Source of the DNA: Squalus acanthias
Lineage: Eukaryota
Direction: 5' to 3'
DNA length: 64,000 nt
Assembly (NCBI GenBank): GCA_030390025.1
Contig: CM059438.1
Span: forward strand, 68,822,001-68,886,000
Shown: in pieces, positions 1-9,320 of the stretch
How positions within the stretch are numbered: the stretch's first letter is position 1
Layout: each line of letters opens with the position of its first letter
Notes under the pieces: generated by a model
Seen by the model: only the letters and a program-made list of their open reading frames with translations
Databases searched by the model: none
What the model was told of the DNA's origin: nothing
Position numbers and translations under genes: made by a program

Positions 1-998
1 AATCACTCCAAAAATCCTTGGCCCCCCCTCCTCTTCCTCAACTATATTCTGCTCCTTAGTAACATTATTCATAGATAAGGCATCAGTTTCCAAATGTAGA
101 CTAATGAGACCCAATTCTATCTCCCCATCACCTCTCTTGAACCCTCGTTTTCCTGCTTATTTGACATCCATCTGATTATAATTTCCTGCAATCAAACAAT
201 GGGAAGACCGAAGTCACCCTCTTTGGCCCCAGCCACAAACTCCACACTCTCATCAACATCCTTTCCCCAGCACTGTCTCAGGTTGAACCAGACTCTTCAC
301 AACTTTGCCATTCTGCTCAATCCCAAGCTGAGTTTCCAATCACATATACTCTTCATCACAAAGACAACCGACTTCCAGTTCTGTAACATTGCCCACCTCT
401 ACCCCTACCTCAGCCCATCTACTGCTGAAAGCCTCATTCATGCCTTTGTCAACTCGAAACTCAATTGCGCCAATGATCTCCTGGCTGGCTTCCCATCCCC
501 CACCACCTCTGAACATCAGGTCATGCAATACTCTGCTGCCCATACCTATCCCACACCTTGTCCCACTTGCCCGTCACCGCTGCCTTTGTGACCTACATTG
601 ACTACCAATCACCAATGGTTCATATATAAATTTCTCATCCTCGTGTTTAATTCCCTCCAGGCCCTTACACCTTCATATTTTTGTTACCTCCCCCAGTTCT
701 GCAACCCCGCCCCCGAGCTCTCTATTCCTCTGACTCTGACCTCTTGTGCACCTTCACCCCACTATTGGTGGTTGTGCCTTAAGCTGACTCTGAAATTCAG
801 CGTCGTAAACCCCTCTGCCTCTCCACCTCCCTCTCATCCTTTAAGAACATCCATAAGAACCTTCTCTTTGGTTAAGTTTTTAGTCACCCCACCTAATATC
901 TCATTGGGCTCAGTGTCTGGTTTTTTTTCTTACACCACTTTGAAGTGTCTTGGGACACTTTCTACGTGAAAGGCCCTACAGAAATGCAAATTGTTGTT
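1..998 (+). mobile_element. L2-clade LINE 3' fragment (degenerate RT C-terminus and tail)
   Basis: ORF 199-591 contains LSPSTAESLIHAFVNSKLNCANDLLAG, resembling the L2 ORF2 C-terminal motif. It ends in AAGGCCCTACAGAAATGCAAATTGTTGTT, similar to the L2 tail at about 57470-57505. Confidence 0.8.
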
Positions 999-1747
999 CA
1001 TGGTTACCTCTTAGTTTTCCTGTTTGTGTCCGGTGTTTTCTTACACGGATTTGTTTTTACTGCAATTTGTTCCTTAATTTTTCTTCATATTTATTTCTCT
1101 ATCAGCAGTTTGTCTCTTGATCTTTCTTTCTAATTTCATATTCACACAGCCTTCTGGGTCTATCTGTTCAATCTCCATGCTATGCCCATTTCCACCTGCC
1201 AGCTCTATCCTATTGTCTTCTGGCTCTGGTATTATCTATCTTAAGATGATGGCTGAAGTCAACAAGCCTTGTGTGATTTCATCAACTGGGATACATACAC
1301 CTTAATGCTGCAATAGTTGTGTAATCCACCAGGTAAGGGACCAGAGTTAAACATATCAAAGTTATTTAAAATACCAGGGGGTAAAAATTCAGTTGGTTGC
1401 GCCTCCCGTTAGCGCCTTAAATGGGCGCTAATGGGGCGTTAAGGCGCTAACGCCCAGGCGCAGCGCTGTTTGCGCCGCTCGAGAACTTAACTTGAGATTG
1501 TGCGGCGGCGCTAAAACTTACCGCTGCGACCACCTGCACGCGCAGATTGTGACGTCATTCCGTGGTGCAACGCCCTTGGGGCGCTCCGGAGCGGAAATTG
1601 AGTGGCGCCCCCTGCCTTACCGCCTGGCGCTTCCAACGACCGGAAGACTGGAACGTTATCAATCGGTCTGGGGCTGGGGGGGGCGCTATTTAAAGGGGGC
1701 CTCTTCCTGTCTTTTTCTGTGGTCGACATTTATGCACCACTCGTTCT

Positions 1748-1787
1748 GAGAGAGAGAGAGAGATTCGGAGAGAGAGAGAGAGAGAGA
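1748..1787 (+). repeat. (GA)n microsatellite upstream of the element A transposase ATG
   Basis: Two GA runs interrupted by TTCG, downstream of a TATTTAAA box at about 1687. Confidence 0.85.
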
Positions 1788-1891
1788 CTTCTACATTGAC
1801 TCAACGCTTTGTGAGGTAGTTTTGACTAGTTCATCCTAACTTTGCTGCTACTTTCGTTGCTGTACCTCATTACTTTTCTGGCAAAGAGAAG

Positions 1892-3052
1892 ATGGGGGCT
1901 GCAATGATTGGGGGCGTCGTCCTGCTCCAGCTCAATCGGAGCAGAGTGAGACGCAGACAGAGAGTGGCAATGATGGCCAGACGGAGGAGGCCCATCAGGC
2001 GCATGTACAGGAGAGCTTACCCTCCCAGGGTATATCGTGAACAGCTCTCCTACATCCACATGTCCGAGGAGCTGTGTTTGCGAAGGCTGCGATTCAGCAA
2101 GGAGGTGGTCACTGAGCTCTGCCACCTGCTGCAGCCAGATCTGCAGCCTCAGCTGAGGTCCAGGACGTCTCTGTCGGTGGCAGTGAAGGTCACAGTGGCT
2201 TTGAACTTCTACGCCACTGGCTCATTCCAAGCTGCTGTTGGGGACCTCGCCAATATCTCCCAGTTTGCGGTGCATCGCTGCATCCGGCAGGTCACCAATG
2301 CCCTCTTCACAAGGAGACGAGACTTCATCTCCTTCCCTATGACCCCAGACAAGCAGCATGACCGTGCTATGGGCTTTGCGAGGGTAGCGGGCTTCCCCAT
2401 GGTGCAGGGCGCCATTGACTGCACGCATGTGGCTTTGCGTGCTCCGCGAGAGAATGCAGAGGAGTTCCGGAACAGAAAGGGGTTCCATTCCTTGAATGTG
2501 CAGTTGGTCTGTGACCACAGACAGGTGATTCTCGCTGTCAATGCCCACTATCCGGGCAGCTGCCACGATGCTTTCATCCTGCGCCAGAGTACTGTGGCAG
2601 AAATTTTCGAGGCACTGCATCAGCCAGTTGGTTGGCTTATGGGGGACAAGGGGTACGCATTGAGCACCTGGCTGATGACACCGCTCCGTGCGCCAAACAC
2701 CCCTGCTGAGCTGCGGTACCAGGAAAGCCAACAAGCAACGAGGAACATTATTGAGCGCACAATCGGCGTGCTCAAACAACGATTCCGCTGTCTGGACCAT
2801 TCCGGAGGAGCCCTGCAGTACTCGCCTGAGCAAGTTTCCAAATTCGTAGTGGTGTGCTGCATGTTGCACAACATGGCAATCCTCAGGACGCAGCCAATGC
2901 CACCAGGCCTTGCAGCACCACAAGAGGAGGAGGAGGAAGAGGAGGAACAGGCCGAGGACGATGATCAGCAGCAGCACCAAGGCAGGAGGGCGGCCCACAA
3001 TGGTCAAACTGCAAGGGCCGTCCGTCAACGACTAATAGCAAGCCGCTTCTAG
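1892..3052 (+). CDS. Harbinger (HARBI1-like) DDE transposase, 386 aa, uninterrupted
   Basis: Motifs GAIDCTH (D176), NRKGFHSLNVQLVCD, PGSCHDAFIL, GDKGY (D252), RNIIERTIGVLKQRFRCL (E288) and CCMLHN, with an N-terminal HTH-like region and an acidic tail. No stops or frameshifts. Confidence 0.96.
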   Translation: MGAAMIGGVVLLQLNRSRVRRRQRVAMMARRRRPIRRMYRRAYPPRVYREQLSYIHMSEELCLRRLRFSKEVVTELCHLLQPDLQPQLRSRTSLSVAVKVTVALNFYATGSFQAAVGDLANISQFAVHRCIRQVTNALFTRRRDFISFPMTPDKQHDRAMGFARVAGFPMVQGAIDCTHVALRAPRENAEEFRNRKGFHSLNVQLVCDHRQVILAVNAHYPGSCHDAFILRQSTVAEIFEALHQPVGWLMGDKGYALSTWLMTPLRAPNTPAELRYQESQQATRNIIERTIGVLKQRFRCLDHSGGALQYSPEQVSKFVVVCCMLHNMAILRTQPMPPGLAAPQEEEEEEEEQAEDDDQQQHQGRRAAHNGQTARAVRQRLIASRF

Positions 3053-3346
3053 GACCCCTGCCAGTGCTACAAACACGAATCAACCCAGCACGCAACCCCT
3101 AAGCCGGCCAAGGCACCAATAATTCCAACCACCAGCCATGTATATTTTGAATACAGAAACTTATTTATTGTACAAACTCTGTGTGTGTCAATTCCTCATG
3201 ACAAACTCATAGAAATAAACACAAAAAAACAGTCAATAACATAACTGGTTCTCACAACCTGGAGATAATGTCCAAAACACTAAACAAAAGTTGGGCCATG
3301 AACCTCGGCCTTTAATAAAAAAATGACCAGCATTTTGGCACACCTC

Positions 3347-5364
3347 CTACTTTTTGCCCTTCGAGGGTGATCTCCTTCCCTTGCGCACTTCCCCCCTTCT
3401 AACCCTACTGCTCCTCCGTAATGGGACCTCAGTGGCTGCAGCAAGGCTGCTGGAAGGCTGCTGCTTGTCAGACCCTGACACTGCAGATGCCCCTGAAGGA
3501 CGGCCTCGACCACTTCTGGGCCTGGAGGGCCCGGCTGCAGACTGCACCAACTCTGCATGGGCGGCAGCAGTCTGTCCTACAGGCGGTGGCAAGTGCAGTG
3601 GAGAAGTGACAGTGTTGGCAGCAGGAATGCTGTCATCGTGAGAGAGGACAGCAACTCCCTGCTCGCCCGACACACTGGCACTCCCACGGGGCAGCACTTC
3701 AGCATCCGGAGCAATTTGCCTGAGAACAGATTGCTGGCCTGCTGCGGCGCGGTGACAGCCCCGGGGACATGTGCACGAACCATCGAGGATGGCAGCAGTC
3801 AGTGCTCGCGTGGCCTCAATCTGAGTCTGCATGAGAGCAGGCTCAGATGGGTTCCTGGCAGCCAGTGACTGAATTGCAGCAGTAAGCTTGAGTGTGGCAT
3901 CCGCCTGTGCTACAGCGAAGTGCTCCACACTCCTTGCCAGTGCCTCAATGCATTCGGGCACCCTTCCCACTGCACCCATGAGCTCAGTGTGCATGACCAC
4001 CGCCTGGCTGTTCATTTCTGCAATCAGCCGCTCCTCCTCTGCGTCCATTGCATTAGGAGTGTCTGGCATACTCTCCCTCTGGGGAGAAGGCTTCCGCTCT
4101 TCCCTCCCCCCCCCATGGCGTTGCTGCAGCCCGCTGGGTCCTGGAACTTCACCATCATCAGCCCCTTCCCCCCTGCTCCCCCGTTCTTCCCTCCCCCCCC
4201 CATGGCGTTGCTGCAGCCCGCTGGGTCCTGGAACTTCACCATCATCAGCCCCTTCCCCCCTGCTCCCCTCCGGGGAAGGCGTGTTCCCAGTGTGGCCATG
4301 GGCTTCCTCGGGAGAGGGTGGCACTGATGCTCCGGCTTCCTCTTCCTCCTCAGCTGCAGCATCACTCCCAGTGGCAGCTTCAGGGACCATCTCCTCAGCT
4401 GGTGAATCACCATCTGAAAGCAGGGAGGTACAAGAGTGGCTTTAGCGTGAGGACAGGGTGGCAGTAAGGGAGGAATAAGTGCAGCGAGTTAGCAAGTTGG
4501 ATTGAAAGTGTCAAAGGCTGGTATTGTGAGGGACAAGTGGAAGGACAGAGGACAAAAAGGTGATGACCTTACCATTGCTGTCCACAACGGGGTCGGCGTC
4601 TCCAGTGGTGACGGGACCGATCACCCGGCTTGCCACAATCCTGTGGACGCGCTCCTCCAGATCGCTGAGGGGTTGCAGCTGAAGCCGCCCTCCACCCGTC
4701 CGTTGCTGCTGTCTCCGATTATGAGCCAGCTTAGCCTGCAAGAAAAAGGACAGCATCTGAGTCAATATACAGCCATGGTCTTGCCTGATGTGCCTCCCAT
4801 AGGTGAATAGCCCTTACAATATGCAGCCATGGTCTTGCCTGATGTGCCTCCCATAGGTGAATAGCCCTTACTGTATGCAGCCATGGTCTTGCCTGATGTG
4901 CCTCCCATAGGTGAATAGCCCTTACAATATGCAGCCATGGTCTTGCCTGATGTGCCTCCCATAGGTGAATAGCCCTTACTGTATGCAAAGTGTGGAATGT
5001 GTGTGTGTGTTTGATGAAAGGGCCATAGGTGTTGGATGAGTGTTGTGCATTGGGGTTTTAAGACCCTCTGGCCATAGAGTGAGGTTGAGATGGAGGGATG
5101 GAGAGGTATTGAGAAAAAGCCACTCACCCTGACGACCCGAGTGAGGTCGTTGAACTTTTTGCGGCACTGGACATGGGTCCTGGGCACCATGCTCCTGGAG
5201 GAGACGCTCTGAGCCACCTCCCTCCACACTCTTCTGAACTCGCGTGGCAAAGGCCTCCTGCCACTCTCTGGGAACAGCATGCATCGTCTGCGCTCCACTG
5301 CGTCAACCAGAGCATCCAAGGCCCGCTCGGTGAAGCGATGAGCGCGTTCTCTCACCCTCTCCAT
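3347..5364 (-). CDS. Harbinger Myb/SANT-like DNA-binding protein, 3 exons (5364-5128, 4735-4573, 4413-3347), 488 aa
   Basis: Exon 1 encodes RFTERALDAL...WREVAQSVS...RTHVQCRKKFNDL (Myb/SANT). Splice sites are canonical: AGG|GTGAGT, TTGCAG|GCT, ATG|GTAAGG, TTTCAG|AT. Phases 0 and 1 join 237+163+1067=1467 nt in frame. The C-terminus is basic and NLS-like. Confidence 0.9.
4094..4267 (-). repeat. 87-bp in-frame tandem duplication in Myb exon 3
   Basis: Peptide GSRGEGADDGEVPGPSGLQQRHGGGREER occurs twice; CATGG anchors at 4114 and 4201. Confidence 0.95.
4770..4987. repeat. 54-bp minisatellite x4 (ABAB) in Myb intron 1
   Basis: Units start at 4770, 4824, 4878 and 4932; unit ends alternate ACAATATG / ACTGTATG. 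Confidence 0.97.
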
Positions 5365-5769
5365 GCTTGGCAGCAAAATGGATTACAGGTCTCTCCAGGC
5401 TGAGATTCAAGGCTGCAATGAGCAGGGTGTGGCTGGGGAGCAAGTGGCCCCCCCCGCTTTAAGAAGTGTCCGGCGCCAGTGTGTCTGTGTTCCATCGCTA
5501 ACTGGCAGCAGCTGCGCTGCGCTCGTGCGCTGAGTTAGCGCCTCACTCCTAGGCCTTTGCGCCTTAAGAGAGGTGTGCAGCGCCTAATTTAGCGCTCCAC
5601 TCACCTCCCGGGGCGGTAAAAGTGAAGTTTCCTGTCAGTGCCGATAATTAGCGCCAGGCGCTAATATTTGCGTGCGGACGATATTTGCGCCCCAAATGGG
5701 GCGCGACCTAATTTCTACCCCCAGGTGTTTTTGGACTGGTCAAGTTAGAATATAAAGTTATATATACAC

Positions 5770-6236
5770 AGTGTCAGCCGTGGCTCAGTTGGTAGCACCC
5801 TCGCCTCGGAGTCAGAAGGTTGTGGGTTCAAAGACCCACTCCAGAGACTTGAGCAAAAAAATCTAGGCTGACACTAAAGTGCAGTACTGAGGGAGTGCTG
5901 CACTGTCGGAGGTGCTGTCTTTCAGATGAGACGGTTAAACCGAGGTCCCATCTGCTCTCTCAGGTGGACGTAAAAGATCCCATGGCACTATTTTGAAGAA
6001 GAGCAGGGGAGTTATCCCCAGTGTCCTGGCCAATATTTATCCCTCAACCAACATCACTAAAAACAGATTATCTGGTCATTATCACATTGCTGTTTGTGGG
6101 AGCTTGCTGTGCGTAAATTGACTGCCGTGTTTCCTACATTACAACAGTGACTACACTTCAAAAAAAAAGTCCTTCATTGTGCTTTGGGACATCTGGGGGT
6201 CGTGAAAGGTGCTATATAAATACAAGTCTTTCTTTC
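5770..6236 (+). mobile_element. tRNA-derived DeuSINE-type SINE (SacSINE1-like), full length
   Basis: A box TGGCTCAGTTGG, B box GGTTCAAAG, Deu-domain-like core GTGCTGTCTTTCAGATGAGAC...GTGTCCTGGCCAA, and an L2-like tail GCTATATAAATACAAGT. The family name is from recall. Confidence 0.88.
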
Positions 6237-6593
6237 TAAAGGAACATGCTTCATTTGGTGAGATGGCCTTTGCTTAACCTTGACTTTTTGTATGCTGCTA
6301 TTGCAGCTGACTGCTTCTTAAACGGGAAGTGTTAATTGACTTCCAACATCCCTCTCTGCAGTGAAGTACAGTTTACAGAGATGAACTGAAACCCCTATTG
6401 TAGCATTAATAATTCAGCAAAATATGCTTTCAAGAAATGGGCCCAGTTTATTGATTCATTAGTATATTCTGGAGACCACACAGCCAATAGCTTCTCTAAC
6501 AGCTAATTTTATCAAAGGGTCTAGCAATTACTATATTGCCTGCATTTGCTTCACTTTAATTATGTTGCACAAATAGCACAAGGCAAGATTTTT

Positions 6594-7050
6594 TTTAATT
6601 TATTCATTCACGGCATGTGAACGTCACTGGCAAGGCCAGCATTTATTGTCCATCCTAAATTGCCCTTGAGAAGGCGGTGGTGAGCAGCCTTCTTGAACCG
6701 CTGCAGTCTATCGTAGCAAGTGTTTTTGATACGACTGAGTGCTTGCTAGTGGCCATTTCCGAGGGCAGTTAAGAGTCAACCACATTGCTGTGGGTTTGGA
6801 GTCACATAAAGGTCAGACCGGGTAAGAACGGCAGGTTTCCTTCCCTGAAGGACATTAGTGAATCAGTTGGGTTTTTAAAAACAATCCGATAGTTTCATGG
6901 TCACCATTACTGATACTAGCTTTTTAGTTAAGATTTATTTAATTCACTGAATTTAAATTCCCCAGCTGCGATTTGAACTCATGTCTCCGGTTTATTAGTC
7001 CCTGCCTCTGGATTATTAATCCAGTACCTAACCACTATGGTACCTTACCC
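6594..7050 (-). mobile_element. tRNA-derived SINE ('family B') sharing its 3' tail with the CR1-clade LINE at 11965
   Basis: Tail AAGAAGGC..CTCACCACC.CCTTCTCAAGGGCAAT..GGATG is shared with 12880-12960; a tRNA-like head lies near 6970-7050. Confidence 0.85.
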
Positions 7051-7499
7051 CTAAGTTCTGAGTTATTAAAGTATTTGAAGTGAATCCCGAATCACAATTG
7101 CTTGATGGTAAACCTTTTAAAGTAAAGGACCTATTTTTACAGCCAAGTTCAGAGCTTCAGGATCAGGATCTTGAATTTGTAACAGAAAAATCATACTTTA
7201 GAGAGGAACAGAACTTCCTTGCCTGCCGGCTACCCAAAATATAAAGTCGACAAGTAAATCTAGCCCACACTAGGGAGCTGAAGTAAACCCTTCTTTTTTG
7301 GCTTTAAAGTATTTCTACACGAAATGAGTTTTGAAACTTTCATTCCAGTTATCGCAAGGAAGTCCACAGCACAAAATTGCCAATGATTAAGTAAAGTTCC
7401 TAATGCTCGTTTCATGTGACCGCCTTGGATGACTAAAAGTCGCCTGAGCCAATATAGCTTCTGGCGTACTTGCATTCCAGATCGGGTGTGACAGATCAC

Positions 7500-7571
7500 A
7501 ACATGAAACTTGGAGGCCTTACGCCCACTTTAGGTGCGCAAACCACCTGCCGTTAGTTGAATTTTTACCCC
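7500..7571. mobile_element. Degenerate Harbinger terminus
   Basis: AATTTTTACCCC (7560-7571) is the exact reverse complement of the element A left TIR, with TTACGCCC/GTGCGCAA subterminal-like motifs. The other end is not recognisable. Confidence 0.5.
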
Positions 7572-8897
7572 GTTAAGTTACGTCACAAGATTTCTTGGCT
7601 CTATGCGGGCCAGAGCGATAGCATAGTCAGTCACTGCCGGTGTAAATTGTCTCCTAAATTATAAGGGAAGTGACCTCTTTCGCCTTACCCAATAGGCAGG
7701 GTAGATCTGCTGAGTGCGGGAAAGGTGTGACTAAATAGAATGGCTTTGTATGGCTGCAGGACAGATGTTGACAATGCAAACAGTAGGCTGAAGGTTGATG
7801 CATCACCTAATGCTGGTCTTCCGACACCTGCTTCCCTCGCACTTTTGGGTACAATGGTAAACATGCTGCAAGTGTTCATTTTTAAACTGGAGAGTATGTC
7901 ATTGTAAGTTCATTTGCATATCACAGTGATAAATGAGTGACCAAGTTAGAAATGCAAAGTTCTTCTTATGTCCAAGCCATTTATCTTCATATAACAGGTG
8001 CAAGTAAAACCCTTCCACAGTGACAAGTTCATACAAAACACGTATCATCAAGATAAAGCCTACCAGATACTGTAACACCATGCAACACTGTTCAGTTAAG
8101 GAATTCAGACAATTTATTTCCCCACATCGGGAATGCAATCACATATTTCCTTTGTGTCAGCAGCATACACAGGAGAAAGAGAAAATCAGAGGCCCGACAC
8201 GTTCTTGATGCAGCGCAGTAAATAAACGTAGGAGGTTAAATTGATTCCGCATAAAGTCATGATGAATCAATATATGAGCTAGTTGGTTTAAAGGCGCACT
8301 GTTCCATTCAGATGATAACAAAACAAGAAGTTGGTCAGTTCAGGGTGATTAGGACTGTAGCAAATCGCTGCTCCCTCTCGAGACTGGATGTTGTATGTGT
8401 TGATCACCTGTCAACCCAAACACAGCAAATCTGAGCCCAATAATTCTACATTTTGGAGTTGATGTTTGTGCTTACAGAGTTACAGTAAGAGACTGATCAA
8501 TATCAAATTTGGTAACTTATCAAACAATATTTTGCACTTGCCATTTTATATCTCTGGCATGTCTCTCTGCTTCAGGTTTTTATTTCATTTTAGTTGTTCC
8601 ATACACTGGACTTGTGATATTGTGATAGTTACTTTCCCTTTCATATGTTTTTAAAGTTTGCTTTGTGTTTGCTTAATCCTTTTAACGCTGGTGATCTCAG
8701 GTCAGGCAAGACCCCACAACTGACCAAGTCGGACCTCTGTTAGTGTAAACTTGCCAAATTGTGCACTCCGAATCAGGCCCAAATTAAGGAAAATCTGAGA
8801 CAAAAGTGTTGGAAGTTCACAGCAGGTCGGTTAGTATCTGAGAGAAAAACAGAGAAACTACTTTCTCTGATTGGGGGGGGGGGGGGAATCCATAAAA

Positions 8898-9182
8898 AGG
8901 GTGCATAATCTTAAAATTAGTGCTAGGCCATTCAAGAGTGCAATCAGGATGGACATTTTCACACAAAGGGTAGTGGAAATATGGGACTCTCTTCCCCAAA
9001 AGGCTCTGGATGCTGTGTCAATTGAAATTTTAAAGATTGAGGTCCATTGACTTTTGTTAGGTGAGACATATGGAGCAAAGGCAGATAAATGGAGTTGAGG
9101 TACAGATCACCCATGATTAAATAGAATGGCAGAACATGTTCAATCAAGGGCCTGAATGGCATACTCCTGTTCCTATGTTCAT
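8898..9182 (+). mobile_element. CR1 LINE 3' fragment
   Basis: Homologous to 23775-24070 (..TTCACACAAAGGGTAGTGG..); ends in tail CTCCTGTTCCTATGTTC. Confidence 0.8.
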
Positions 9183-9194
9183 ATAAGTGAGAAG

Positions 9195-9320
9195 TCGCAC
9201 AACAGGTTTATTTGAAATCACAAGCTTTCGGAGCGGCTGCTCCTTCGTCAGGTGAAGTGAAGAAATACAAATGGGCACAGCATATATAGACAGAGAACAA
9301 TGCCTGTGCAGAGAACAATT
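9195..9320 (-). mobile_element. Penelope-like element pLTR remnant
   Basis: Minus strand reads CACCTGACGAAGGAGCAGCCGCTCCGAAAGCTTGTGATTTCAAATAAACCTGTTG: a hammerhead core followed by AATAAA, typical of Penelope pLTRs. Confidence 0.75.
9218..9255 (-). ncRNA. Minimal type I hammerhead ribozyme
   Basis: UCAC-CUGACGA-A-GGAGC(AGCC)GCUCC-GAAA-GC-UU-GUGA: stem I UCAC/GUGA, conserved core, perfect 5-bp stem II and palindromic stem III. Confidence 0.8.

Larger units (their letters stand above)
1378..5721 (+). mobile_element. Autonomous PIF/Harbinger DNA transposon (element A), 4344 bp, apparently intact
   Basis: TIRs GGGGTAAAAATT (1378-1389) and AATTTCTACCCC (5710-5721) match 11/12. A 3-bp TSD CAG lies at 1375-1377 and 5722-5724. 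It carries convergent transposase and Myb/SANT genes and CpG-rich subterminal GGCGCTAA repeats. Confidence 0.96.

Noticed and set aside
2222..3028. 268-aa antisense ORF over the transposase
   Set aside because: Shadow ORF caused by codon bias; no independent motifs.
1892..3052. Domesticated host gene HARBI1 (and NAIF1/MSANTD for the Myb ORFs)
   Set aside because: The ORFs are enclosed by TIRs and a TSD, and decayed paralogues lie nearby, so they are transposon genes. No gene symbol assigned.
4770..4987. CRISPR-like array
   Set aside because: The units are contiguous with no unique spacers, there are no cas genes, and the context is a eukaryotic intron; it is a minisatellite.
5774..5850. tRNA gene (also about 29077-29150 and 17860-17933)
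   Set aside because: The A/B boxes run directly into a SINE body and no full cloverleaf is evident; these are SINE heads.
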